Below are positions 1 through 7,836 of a stretch of 16,547 bases of DNA, in pieces. Under the pieces are notes generated by a model. It was not told where the DNA came from, made no database searches, and worked only from the letters and a program-made list of their open reading frames with translations. The stretch comes from Escherichia phage JLBYU27. Every line of letters begins with the position of its first letter. Positions within the stretch are counted from its first letter, which is position 1. The translations under genes and the position numbers were made by a program. The DNA lies in sequence record OK272475.1. One strand, 5' to 3'.

Positions 1-26
1 ATCGAAATCCTTTGAGTTGTGAGCAT
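1..26 (-). CDS. 5' end of an unidentified gene running off the window (partial)
   Basis: ATG at 26..24 on minus strand downstream of the scaffold-gene terminator; only 8 codons (MLTTQRIS) visible. By synteny it could be the capsid gene that normally follows a scaffold gene. Confidence 0.2.
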
Positions 27-66
27 TCGCCCAGTACCGTTAATGTTACCTTAGATTTACGCGCTC

Positions 67-90
67 GCAAAATCGCCCGCTTTAGCGGGC
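67..90 (-). terminator. rho-independent terminator after scaffold gene
   Basis: Perfect inverted repeat GCCCGC-ttta-GCGGGC (75-90); on minus strand the stem is followed by GATTTTG. Sits immediately 3' of the scaffold stop (98-100). Confidence 0.45.
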
Positions 91-97
91 AATGTGC

Positions 98-802
98 TTA
101 CTCGTCGTCGCCCATCTTAGCGATAATATCCCCGGCCTGTTTCGTCAGGTCAGTGATGCCGAAGCTATGGCCCATCGTAATTTTGGGCTTCATATCTTCG
201 ACAACATGCGTCGGTTTGCTGGGCGCACCACCGGCTGGCGTGCCAGCCAGGACGGATGCAAAATCGGCGTTATTACGGAACTCTTTTTCAAGCTCTTCCA
301 TAGTCAGCGCGGACGGTTTGCCATCCTGCAAGACTCGCACTTTCAAGCTGCCGTCTTCGCCGTCTTCCAGCGTCAGGCGGTCCATTACGTGGCGTTGCAT
401 GATTCCAGCATTCTTACCGAACAGCTTCGAGGCCAAATCTTTGGCAGCGCTGCCGATGGTTAGATCGTGGATCTGCTTGCGGTAGGCTTCGATTTTTCCC
501 GATGTGTCTGCTTCGTGTTTCGCAAACTTATCTTTCCAGGACTTGTCGATCGCTTCGAGGTCGCCATTTTTGCGCGCTGCGGCTTCCTCTTTCTCTTTCG
601 CAAGGCGCTCAGCTTCGGCGCGGCGTTCTGCTTCTGCTTTCTTCTCGCTAACCAGCTTCGCGTTATTGTCTTTCAGACCCTTGATCTCCGCCTGTACTTC
701 TTCGGCGGTCATGAACGTTGATTTATACCCGTCACCATCGGCAACAAAAAGCGCCTTCATACCTTCCGGCAACGCGTCATATTCTGCTTTAGTAAGTTTC
801 AT
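98..802 (-). CDS. putative phage head scaffolding protein (234 aa)
   Basis: ATG at 802 with GGGGGA Shine-Dalgarno 4-6 nt upstream (the longer ORF-track form starts at a GTG at 850). Highly charged, Ala/Glu/Lys-rich coiled-coil-like sequence (AEAERRAEAERLAKEKEEAAARK). Located after the portal and head-morphogenesis genes. Confidence 0.55.
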   Translation of the reverse strand: MKLTKAEYDALPEGMKALFVADGDGYKSTFMTAEEVQAEIKGLKDNNAKLVSEKKAEAERRAEAERLAKEKEEAAARKNGDLEAIDKSWKDKFAKHEADTSGKIEAYRKQIHDLTIGSAAKDLASKLFGKNAGIMQRHVMDRLTLEDGEDGSLKVRVLQDGKPSALTMEELEKEFRNNADFASVLAGTPAGGAPSKPTHVVEDMKPKITMGHSFGITDLTKQAGDIIAKMGDDE

Positions 803-891
803 GCTATCCCCCTGGGATTGTGGCAAAGCGGGCCACCCGCTTGACTTCACGCCTTAATATTATCAGCGATAAAAATAATCGCAAAATTCGC

Positions 892-921
892 TTGCATTGC
901 GGATGTTGGTTGCATTATATT
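892..921 (+). promoter_or_regulatory. sigma70-like promoter for the plus-strand clamp-like gene
   Basis: -35 TTGCAT (892-897), 18 bp spacer, -10 TATATT (916-921); leader GGTTGCGCACCAACAACGAGGAA contains the RBS. The same -35/-10 hexamers and a near-identical leader recur on the minus strand at 10679-10735. Confidence 0.4.
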
Positions 922-950
922 GGTTGCGCACCAACAACGAGGAAATGACA

Positions 951-1463
951 ATGATTAAAGTTAACTATGCCGATCTTAAAGCCGCTATGATGTGCGCCGC
1001 AACTAATGACGTGCGATACTATCTGAACGGTGTATTTTTCGACGAGAAAGGATTCATCGTGTCCACCGACGGACATCGCTTGTTCTGCGGGTCCGCGGTT
1101 GTTCCCGAAGGTGAAAGTAAAATAGTAGCAATTAAAGGCCGCTTACCTACTAAATTCGAATATTGCAACATAGACGGCACCTCCGCTGCGTTCTTTGATA
1201 GTAAAGACGTATTAATCGGTACCATACCCGTAGAGATCATAGACGGCCGATTCCCAGACTGGCGTAGATTTACGTCTTTCGACAGCGCTAAAGTGGAGGC
1301 TATAGGGTTTGCCGGGGTGTACCTGTCCGACGCCTGCAAAATTGCTAAATTGTTCGACCGTAAGTTTGATAGCTTAAAACTGGAATTTCAGGGAGTAGAC
1401 AAGGGGGCACGTGTGCTGTTCAAAGGCGGTGCCTTCCTTGTTATCATGCCGATGCGCTTGTAG
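951..1463 (+). CDS. truncated DNA polymerase III beta sliding clamp (DnaN) homolog, domain II plus shortened domain III (170 aa)
   Basis: ATG at 951 with GAGGAA 7-8 nt upstream. Protein contains DVRYYLNG, TDGHRL and DGRFPDWRR and ends in VIMPMRL, matching conserved E. coli DnaN motifs as recalled (DVRYYLNG, TDGHRL, DGRFPDYRR, C-terminal VVMPMRL). No equivalent of DnaN domain I. Opposite strand to all neighbours, with its own promoter and a terminator. Confidence 0.75.
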   Translation: MIKVNYADLKAAMMCAATNDVRYYLNGVFFDEKGFIVSTDGHRLFCGSAVVPEGESKIVAIKGRLPTKFEYCNIDGTSAAFFDSKDVLIGTIPVEIIDGRFPDWRRFTSFDSAKVEAIGFAGVYLSDACKIAKLFDRKFDSLKLEFQGVDKGARVLFKGGAFLVIMPMRL

Positions 1464-1468
1464 CTAAC

Positions 1469-1501
1469 GAAAAAGGGGCCATTACGGCCCCTTAATTATT
1501 T
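1469..1501. terminator. bidirectional rho-independent terminator between convergent genes
   Basis: Stem AAGGGGCC (1473-1480) / GGCCCCTT (1486-1493), loop ATTAC; A-run upstream and AATTATTT downstream on plus strand, so a U-tract follows the hairpin on either strand. Lies between the clamp-like gene stop (1463) and the Rz1-like gene stop (1482). Confidence 0.6.
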
Positions 1502-1712
1502 GCTGCAACTCCAACACCTGCGCCCTCAGCTTAGCACCGCACTCCATATTTTTAACATCAATCATCAAATCTTCGTCGGGGTCCGCAGACGGGCTATCGA
1601 ACTTGCACGGCGGTCGCAGTGCCGACTCCGTTAGCGGCATCAACGGCGCGTTGCTTGATCCGCACGCGCTCAGCATCAAAACTACAATCAGGGCGGTTAG
1701 GGCGCGTAACAT
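1482..1712 (-). CDS. putative o-spanin (Rz1-like outer-membrane lipoprotein, 76 aa)
   Basis: ATG at 1712 with AAGAGG RBS. N-terminal signal peptide with lipobox LSAC; proline-rich mature part containing Cys. The gene starts inside the upstream Rz-like ORF in another frame and extends beyond its stop (overlapped spanin architecture). Confidence 0.5.
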   Translation of the reverse strand: MLRALTALIVVLMLSACGSSNAPLMPLTESALRPPCKFDSPSADPDEDLMIDVKNMECGAKLRAQVLELQQIIKGP

Positions 1713-1923
1713 ATTTTACAACCTCTTTTGTGATAGTCCGGTATTCCACGTCGCGGGCTTGTTCTGCCTGCACGGAGCGCTCAATTACTTTAGTTTGCTG
1801 CCGTTGGGCTTCGGCTTGCGCTTCTTGCGCCGCCTCAGCCACTACGCCAGCGCGATAGGAGTCACCAAGCCAGAATCCTACCGCCAGACCTATAACCAGT
1901 CCAATAGCCGCATACTTAATCAC
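1594..1923 (-). CDS. putative i-spanin (Rz-like, N-terminal TM helix plus Ala/Gln/Glu-rich helical region)
   Basis: No in-frame ATG; GTG at 1923 (GGGGG RBS, overlaps the stop of the upstream gene) or TTG at 1953. N-terminal hydrophobic segment IKYAAIGLVIGLAVGFWLG followed by AEAAQEAQAEAQRQQ, one Cys near the C-terminus. Contains the embedded Rz1-like gene. Confidence 0.45.
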   Translation of the reverse strand: MIKYAAIGLVIGLAVGFWLGDSYRAGVVAEAAQEAQAEAQRQQTKVIERSVQAEQARDVEYRTITKEVVKYVTRPNRPDCSFDAERVRIKQRAVDAANGVGTATAVQVR

Positions 1924-3019
1924 GCCATAACCCCCGGTTTTTAAGCTGCGCAATAGTCATTAGTTCGCCTGAATCGGTGAACATCTTCGGGACTTTCACG
2001 CCGCGCATAATCTGGTCGGCGCGTTGCACCCCGTATAATTCTTCCAGGATATGGCGCGGCTGGCGCTGCACCCATGAGAAGAAATCAGTCTGCGCGTCGA
2101 CCTGCTCACTCAGCAATCGGCCCGCGTCAGCCTTCAGTGCCGGACGCTTACCACTGGGCCAATCTTCCATGCCTTTAACCTTCCACGTCTCCGTCGACCG
2201 GCAACAATAATGCAACTTGCCCGGACCAGCGCCATATTGTGACCCAGCCACCATTTTCCCGCCGCGCTTTCCTTTGGTGTCGGGAGTAACATCAACCGGA
2301 TAAAACAGGCGATCGCGTAGCTGGCACATGGGAGAAGTATGCGTGTCCAATGTAGATAACCATTGGCGACCTTCGAGAATATCGTCATTTGCTTTTACCA
2401 TTAGTTCGCGGGCGGTCGCCGCATAGTGGTTGACTGCCGACTTAACAACGCTTGAGATAGCTTGCGCACTACGACCGCCGAGCGCGCGCCTCACGTCCGC
2501 TATAATTTCCATAGTCGGCTTGCCCTGGATGAATCCGGCGCGCACCTGATTGCCGATCTGCGTTCTGGTCCATTCTGAAAGTGAATCGGGCCATTGCATC
2601 ATCGTATTACCCAGGAACGGGTTTTTCATCGCAGTCGCTGCGATCTGCGCACCTGTCACTACGCCCACCACCTCGACCGCAGGTACGGCGACCACCGGCT
2701 GGATCGCTGCCGTTAATGTGTCGGCGAGATAATCGGCCTCGGTGTCGGCAAACTCCTGAAGGCTTTCAGCCAACACCTTAAACTCGGTGCGCAGTTCCGT
2801 TTTGACGGTCTTGTCCAGTTGCGTCAACAGTGTGGTAAGTGCCTTGTTGCTCATGGTCTTTTTGCCATCAAGTAACTCGGTCAGCTTACCCAGTAGCGTG
2901 GGCCGGAACTTCTCCCACATAGCCAACACCCTCCGCGCCTGGTCATTGCTCAGGCGCTGGGTGAAGATGTGCCGGCGAATCATTCGATCCGCCATATATT
3001 GATTAATTGTCTTCGCCAT
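1916..3019 (-). CDS. phage head morphogenesis protein (Mu F / SPP1 gp7 family-like, 367 aa)
   Basis: ATG at 3019, overlaps the portal gene 3' end by 17 nt. Contains the family-typical block TLDTHTSPMCQLRDRL ... GKLHYCCRST (D.HT/S ... H.CCR). Position directly after the portal gene. Confidence 0.75.
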   Translation of the reverse strand: MAKTINQYMADRMIRRHIFTQRLSNDQARRVLAMWEKFRPTLLGKLTELLDGKKTMSNKALTTLLTQLDKTVKTELRTEFKVLAESLQEFADTEADYLADTLTAAIQPVVAVPAVEVVGVVTGAQIAATAMKNPFLGNTMMQWPDSLSEWTRTQIGNQVRAGFIQGKPTMEIIADVRRALGGRSAQAISSVVKSAVNHYAATARELMVKANDDILEGRQWLSTLDTHTSPMCQLRDRLFYPVDVTPDTKGKRGGKMVAGSQYGAGPGKLHYCCRSTETWKVKGMEDWPSGKRPALKADAGRLLSEQVDAQTDFFSWVQRQPRHILEELYGVQRADQIMRGVKVPKMFTDSGELMTIAQLKNRGLWRD

Positions 3020-4523
3020 TGTCCGCTACCTCGTCCGGGTCTTCGTCGGTAGATTCTACCGCATCCGGGGACATTTGAGGCAATGGATTCTGATTTCGCA
3101 ATTCGTCTTCCACCTGCTCAACGGTTTGCGAGTCATCAATGACGCCCTGGGCCATCATCCACTTTATAAAGTCCGCCAGACGGACCGTACCGGTCTGCAC
3201 ACCAGCCATCATTGCGGTCATAAGCTGTGCGTCAACCGTGATTTCGGTGTAGAACTTATTCAGCGTTACACGTTGATCTGCGGTGTCGCCAGTGAACAGC
3301 TTGACGATTTGCAGCGCACGGTTGAAAGCCTTCTCAACGTTACCGGCAATCAGCGACAGGATACTGTTATCAGTCTGCGCATCGTAGGCCGCTTCAGTTG
3401 CCGTCTTAGGTGCGGTCCCCTTCTCGACCAGGGCAGCGCCCAGTTTAGCCATTTGCAACTCGCGTCGCTCACACAGCGCAACTGACAGGTTTCTCTCCTC
3501 CGCCTGAAGCAGTTTAGCGTCCATGTTCTGGCCCAGGATAACGCCCTTAGTTGCCCCGAGCGCGATGCCTCCCTTCAGGTTTTTATCAGCCCATGATTGG
3601 GTAAGACCGGTTGCAATGAGAGTAGGTTGACCCACGATGTGCGCAATCTCGGCGACGTCCGCTTCGGCGTTGTAGTGCTTAATGTTGATGGACGCAATAT
3701 CCGCCAGCGGTGCGGCGTCCGGTGTCGCGTTGTTGTCCACCGCGCCACACCAGCAAAATGGCAGTTGAGTAAGCGCATTACCGGCGGCATCCACCAGTGG
3801 CACAAGGTCGGTGCGGGTGAATCCCCGCGGCAAGTCCATTTGCACCTCGGACGTGTCCGCGTTGTAATACCAGCGGCGACCGTGTGCCACACCGTTAATC
3901 ATGCGAAGCTCGGTCCAGATTGTAACTTTGTGGTTTGCGAAGTCGTCCGGGTCTTCGGTGCTGATTTCGTCCGTTTCCTTCAGCACAATTAGCGTATCGA
4001 CGCCGTGGGTCTGCCGCCAGTTGATGATCTGTTCTGCCGTGTACAGGCGTATAAGCGGGCGGTGTGACGCCATTTCAGCGGCTGTCTGCGGCACTACGTT
4101 ACCCAGTTCATCAAAGTTAGCCTGGCGGTCGTAGTCCACCATAAAGCCAGCGCGGCCCGATTGCAGCACTTCCGACATAGCGCCGCGCAGGAGTTGCGCC
4201 AGTGGCATCCCGCTGCCGTCTACGTCATCAATCAGGTCAGCCATTGCCCCGGAAAGGTCCATACTCACCGGTTTGGCGAAGGCGACACCTAACAGTGCAT
4301 TCAGTGTGCGGGCGGTGGCGTTCAGGAAGACAGCACGTTGCTTATATGCCTTATAGCGCGCACGCGATTTCGGGTCAGTGGTGTCGCCGCTGGCTGGGTG
4401 TGGCAGGTACAAGGGGCCGCACGCCTTCACGGCGCGCTCCCCTGCTACACAATCACGGATCATTTTCCACTCTGGCGAGATGCGCGCATAGAGCGGGTGC
4501 TGGTTGTCAACGTTAACGGTCAT
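3003..4523 (-). CDS. phage portal protein (506 aa)
   Basis: ATG at 4523 with AAGGAA RBS 8 nt upstream. 506 aa with a strongly acidic C-terminal tail (DEDPDEVADNGEDN). Sits between terminase large subunit and head morphogenesis protein. Confidence 0.7.
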   Translation of the reverse strand: MTVNVDNQHPLYARISPEWKMIRDCVAGERAVKACGPLYLPHPASGDTTDPKSRARYKAYKQRAVFLNATARTLNALLGVAFAKPVSMDLSGAMADLIDDVDGSGMPLAQLLRGAMSEVLQSGRAGFMVDYDRQANFDELGNVVPQTAAEMASHRPLIRLYTAEQIINWRQTHGVDTLIVLKETDEISTEDPDDFANHKVTIWTELRMINGVAHGRRWYYNADTSEVQMDLPRGFTRTDLVPLVDAAGNALTQLPFCWCGAVDNNATPDAAPLADIASINIKHYNAEADVAEIAHIVGQPTLIATGLTQSWADKNLKGGIALGATKGVILGQNMDAKLLQAEERNLSVALCERRELQMAKLGAALVEKGTAPKTATEAAYDAQTDNSILSLIAGNVEKAFNRALQIVKLFTGDTADQRVTLNKFYTEITVDAQLMTAMMAGVQTGTVRLADFIKWMMAQGVIDDSQTVEQVEDELRNQNPLPQMSPDAVESTDEDPDEVADNGEDN

Positions 4524-4534
4524 GGTTGGTTTCC

Positions 4535-5920
4535 TTAGTAGAAGTCTACGGTTGGAACAACGGCGATCGGTCGAATCACAGGGAACAGGTGCGCAACAGG
4601 ATAGCCCGCGGCGTCGTTCATGTGGTCCACACCGGCAGTTTTATCCGGCTCGCCTTTCTTCAGGTCATAAACCTGCTGTTCCAGACATTTCGCTAGTGTA
4701 GGGCATTTATCCAGGTTGACAAAATACTGGCGCACGCCCTTCGAGTTGCACATCATCGTATTCATCGCGATCAATCGGTCTTTCACTGGCGGGTTAACGC
4801 TGTCATATTCCACATTGAAGCCAGCATCTTCCAGTTGCGCGATATCGGACGACGACGCGTTGACCGTTTTGCGGGATTTTCCGCTGCTATCCGGGTAAAC
4901 GACTACCCTACCGGCGGCACAATGTTCGGGATAGCGCTCCTCGATCGCCTCAATCATAGCCGGGGTGTCAAACAGGTCCACGAATTCATCCACGGCGTGA
5001 ATCTCGTCGCGGAACTCCTTGTTCTCGGTGGTACGCTGCCGTCTTACATACACGACCGCCGCCATTTTCGTGACGTTAAAGTCCATACCGATAATCAGCG
5101 TGTCGTCCGGCTGCACTTCTTCGGTGCTGGCGTTCTCCTCGCGATTAAACATCTTGTACACCGCGCCCGACGTAAGGTTAACAAACAGGCCGTTCAGGTA
5201 CGCATCAATCAGGTTAGCCGGGTACTGACTGCGAAGCGTGTCGATAAAGTCTGCTGGTAAATGGTGGTTGTCTGTGGTCTTCGCCCGGATCAAGCGTTTC
5301 TGGCTGTCCTTCTCCACCTCGAAAATTTGGTACATCGCCCGGTAGCCTTCAGGCGTTGACACGATGACGAACTGGCGGACGAAGCCCGCACGCAGACGAC
5401 CTAGCAGTTTGTGATATGCCGCCAGCGCGACGTCTTGTTTCGTGGTGTCGAACTCGTCGGCAACAATCCACGCGGCGTTGACCCCGATCAGGCGGGTATA
5501 GTTCTCCATTGATTCACAGATCACGCGGGTCCATTTGCCTTTCACCAGAACGCTATAGATCTTGTCCTGCTTGTTGAACTTCCACCGGAAGCCAGCCTCG
5601 TCGAAAGCCTTTTCCAATTCCGGATACATGATTTTAACCAGGAGTGGAATAGTCGGTTCGGTAACGATGCCGTCATGACCTGGGTTCAGTGTGAGAAGCT
5701 GGATTACCTTACGGGCTGCGACCCATGACTTGCCGCCGCCGAAGCCGGAGCACAGGCCGAGGATTTTAGTCTTCGTGTCCCGTAGTAGTTCGACCTGGTG
5801 CGGTAGGCAATCAGGCTGGTAAAGACGCACCGCCTGCGCAACGCGCGTAGGGCGTGGCGGTCGGTTGCGCTTTGCGATCGCGCGCTCCAGTGCGCGGTGT
5901 TCTGCCGCATAGTTACGCAT
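4535..5920 (-). CDS. terL: terminase large subunit (461 aa)
   Basis: Walker A-like LGLCSGFGGGKS and Walker B-like WIVADEFD in the N-terminal ATPase region; C-terminal nuclease-like region (LIIGMDFN ...). Start ATG at 5920 overlaps the terS stop (TAATG). Confidence 0.9.
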   Translation of the reverse strand: MRNYAAEHRALERAIAKRNRPPRPTRVAQAVRLYQPDCLPHQVELLRDTKTKILGLCSGFGGGKSWVAARKVIQLLTLNPGHDGIVTEPTIPLLVKIMYPELEKAFDEAGFRWKFNKQDKIYSVLVKGKWTRVICESMENYTRLIGVNAAWIVADEFDTTKQDVALAAYHKLLGRLRAGFVRQFVIVSTPEGYRAMYQIFEVEKDSQKRLIRAKTTDNHHLPADFIDTLRSQYPANLIDAYLNGLFVNLTSGAVYKMFNREENASTEEVQPDDTLIIGMDFNVTKMAAVVYVRRQRTTENKEFRDEIHAVDEFVDLFDTPAMIEAIEERYPEHCAAGRVVVYPDSSGKSRKTVNASSSDIAQLEDAGFNVEYDSVNPPVKDRLIAMNTMMCNSKGVRQYFVNLDKCPTLAKCLEQQVYDLKKGEPDKTAGVDHMNDAAGYPVAHLFPVIRPIAVVPTVDFY

Positions 5921-6492
5921 TAATCACCCTGACCTTTGCCGGTAGGTTCCACAACGACGTCGCCGTTATCATCTTCGTCGTCATCCAGCGGTACATCGTC
6001 GCGGACGCCGTGGTTTGCTTTAAGCAGGAATGTAGCGAAGCCTGCCGCGATGGTCACGCCGCCAGCTTCCATCAGGAAGGTTTTCTGCAGTTCCATAGCG
6101 TCCGCCATCGCCTCGGCGAACTCCTCATGTGCGCGCGCCCAGCGATACAGGCAAGCTACGCCCACACCGATTTCCGCGGCAAATCGTCCGAAGGTTGGCA
6201 TTTTGTTGCGAGGGATTACTTGCGCAGCGCCTTTATCGGAGTAGTTGACCTGCCAGGCGTCGGCGTCGGCAAAATAGCGGCGAAGCTGGTCGCAGTAAAC
6301 GGATCTGTAGTCAGTAGGGCGCCCACATTTGCCACCTTTACGGCGCTTGCCATACTCGATCTCGGGTCCAAGATTGGTGTGTTCTGTTTGCTCGCCTGGT
6401 TTACGGCGCGGGGTTACTGCTACTCGTCCGTCCAGTTTGGCGCGTCGGCCCTTAACTTTGATTTCTGCCATGATATAAGCCCTTTTGTTCAT
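5920..6492 (-). CDS. terS: terminase small subunit (about 190 aa)
   Basis: Translationally coupled to terL. Contains the HTH-like block TFGRFAAEIGVGVACLYRWARAHEEFAEAMADAMELQKTFL typical of small terminase subunits. Start taken as ATG 6492; ATG 6471 (AAGGG RBS) is an alternative; the ORF-track start at 6570 is a non-ATG codon and less likely. Confidence 0.7.
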   Translation of the reverse strand: MNKRAYIMAEIKVKGRRAKLDGRVAVTPRRKPGEQTEHTNLGPEIEYGKRRKGGKCGRPTDYRSVYCDQLRRYFADADAWQVNYSDKGAAQVIPRNKMPTFGRFAAEIGVGVACLYRWARAHEEFAEAMADAMELQKTFLMEAGGVTIAAGFATFLLKANHGVRDDVPLDDDEDDNGDVVVEPTGKGQGD

Positions 6493-6541
6493 ATGCGCCG
6501 ACCATCGGCAACATAGGAGACGGCCCTGCCATCTAATGGGG

Positions 6542-6575
6542 ATTATAACAGGCGCAAAAAAGCCCACCAAATCGG
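6542..6575 (-). promoter_or_regulatory. candidate promoter for terS overlapping the upstream terminator
   Basis: Perfect -10 TATAAT on minus strand (complement of 6542-6547), 17 bp spacer, weak -35 TTGGTG. Confidence 0.3.
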
Positions 6576-6580
6576 CAGGC
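6556..6580 (-). terminator. putative rho-independent terminator after the metallophosphoesterase gene
   Basis: On minus strand: GCCUGCC-GAUUU-GGUGGGC followed by UUUUUU (stem includes two G.U pairs). Lies 22 nt after the stop at 6602. Confidence 0.4.
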
Positions 6581-6601
6581 TGGGAGGATTACGGGTTGCC
6601 G

Positions 6602-7744
6602 TTACTTCAACATTTCCGGGCTAATGGTTAAGCGCGCTACTTCGCCGTAGTTGGCGCTATAGGTAATGACGTTGGCACTACGACCGGACATCCAACCACC
6701 GCGGCTGGCGTAGGCGTCTTTCGCTGCGAGGGTCCGGTGCTGTTCAACAATCATGTTACGGGATTCTACAATCTTCTGGTGGTGCAAGTGGCCTACGTGC
6801 GCGTAGCTGTACTCACTGGCCCCGAAAGCCTGTCTGAATTTAGAAATCATGACGGTTTCGATAGCGTCAAAGCGCGCTTTATGCCCGTGGTGGAAAAATA
6901 GCGTGGTCTTGCCGTGCTGCACCATTTTGTAGACGTCCGGGGACGTATCCACATCGACGCGCGGCTCGTTCTCGTACAGCGTGTTGAACATCTCAGCAAG
7001 CCAAATCATGCCCGACTCATCATGATTCCCCTGGACGATTAGCAGTTTGACTTTGTGGTGTTTTTGCAGGGCAAGTTCGACGACGTTGCGCACCATGCGA
7101 ATCATGTATCGGACCAGTTTCTGGTATCGGGTGTCCGCGTCCAGTATGTGACCACTTGCCGGAGTGACAGCATCGAGGCTATCAAAGTGGGCCATATCAC
7201 CGAGGATATTAATTACGGCAGTGCCTGCGTCCGGGGCGCGGGCGAAGGCTTCGACAAACCAGCGGTAGAACAGGTCTTCGGCTATCGCCATATCCCAGTC
7301 TTCGCCAGTCTCCTCGCCCCATGCCAACATGCCCAGGTGGAAGTCTGACACGGTGTACAGGTTGAGTAAGTCGAGCGCCTGGATCGGTACTGGCGGGGCG
7401 TTTACTGGCGCTGCCGGTGTGATTTCGCTGTTCATACCCTCGACAACAGCGCGCATAGCTTCGAGTTGGCGCTCCTTGTCCTGCTCAGTGATAACCCACG
7501 ACATGACCTCTTCGCCATTGCCGCGCACCAGGGCCGATACGCGCTTAACGCCGAAGCCATCGGCAACGCGCTGGCGGATTACGGCGTCGTTGCCGTGCCC
7601 AATTCCTTTTTTCGATAGGCGGGCTTTCCGCATGTAGACGTTTCGGAGGGACAAACCGTACTTCTTAGAAATCTCTTTCGATGTAGCGCCGGATTGTAAT
7701 TCAGCAATCAATTGCTCGTCTGTGATTTTAGTTTGCGGGTGCAT
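6602..7744 (-). CDS. HTH domain fused to a calcineurin-like metallophosphoesterase (380 aa)
   Basis: ATG at 7744 with AGGAAG RBS 6 nt upstream. N-terminal HTH-like segment (TSKEISKKYGLSLRNVYMRKARLSKKG). Metallophosphatase signature motifs in order: DFHLG, GDMAHF, GNHDE, HHGHK, GHLHH. Own promoter and flanking terminators. Confidence 0.75.
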   Translation of the reverse strand: MHPQTKITDEQLIAELQSGATSKEISKKYGLSLRNVYMRKARLSKKGIGHGNDAVIRQRVADGFGVKRVSALVRGNGEEVMSWVITEQDKERQLEAMRAVVEGMNSEITPAAPVNAPPVPIQALDLLNLYTVSDFHLGMLAWGEETGEDWDMAIAEDLFYRWFVEAFARAPDAGTAVINILGDMAHFDSLDAVTPASGHILDADTRYQKLVRYMIRMVRNVVELALQKHHKVKLLIVQGNHDESGMIWLAEMFNTLYENEPRVDVDTSPDVYKMVQHGKTTLFFHHGHKARFDAIETVMISKFRQAFGASEYSYAHVGHLHHQKIVESRNMIVEQHRTLAAKDAYASRGGWMSGRSANVITYSANYGEVARLTISPEMLK

Positions 7745-7769
7745 AATTACTTCCTGATTATGGGACCGG

Positions 7770-7805
7770 GGACAATATATCACGGGACTTATCGAGGCGG
7801 GCAAT
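7770..7805 (-). promoter_or_regulatory. extended -10 promoter-like element for the metallophosphoesterase gene
   Basis: Minus strand reads CGTGATATATT (TG-n-TATATT) flanked by GTCCCG / GTCCCCGG motifs; possible weak -35 TTGCCC 19 bp upstream. Confidence 0.35.
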
Positions 7806-7830
7806 AAAAAGCCCGGATAATACCGGGCTT
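7802..7830 (-). terminator. rho-independent terminator ending the lysis operon
   Basis: 8 bp stem AAGCCCGG / CCGGGCTT with 6 nt loop; on minus strand followed by TTTTTATT. Located 7 nt after the stop of the 55-aa ORF. Confidence 0.7.
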
Positions 7831-7836
7831 GATTGT

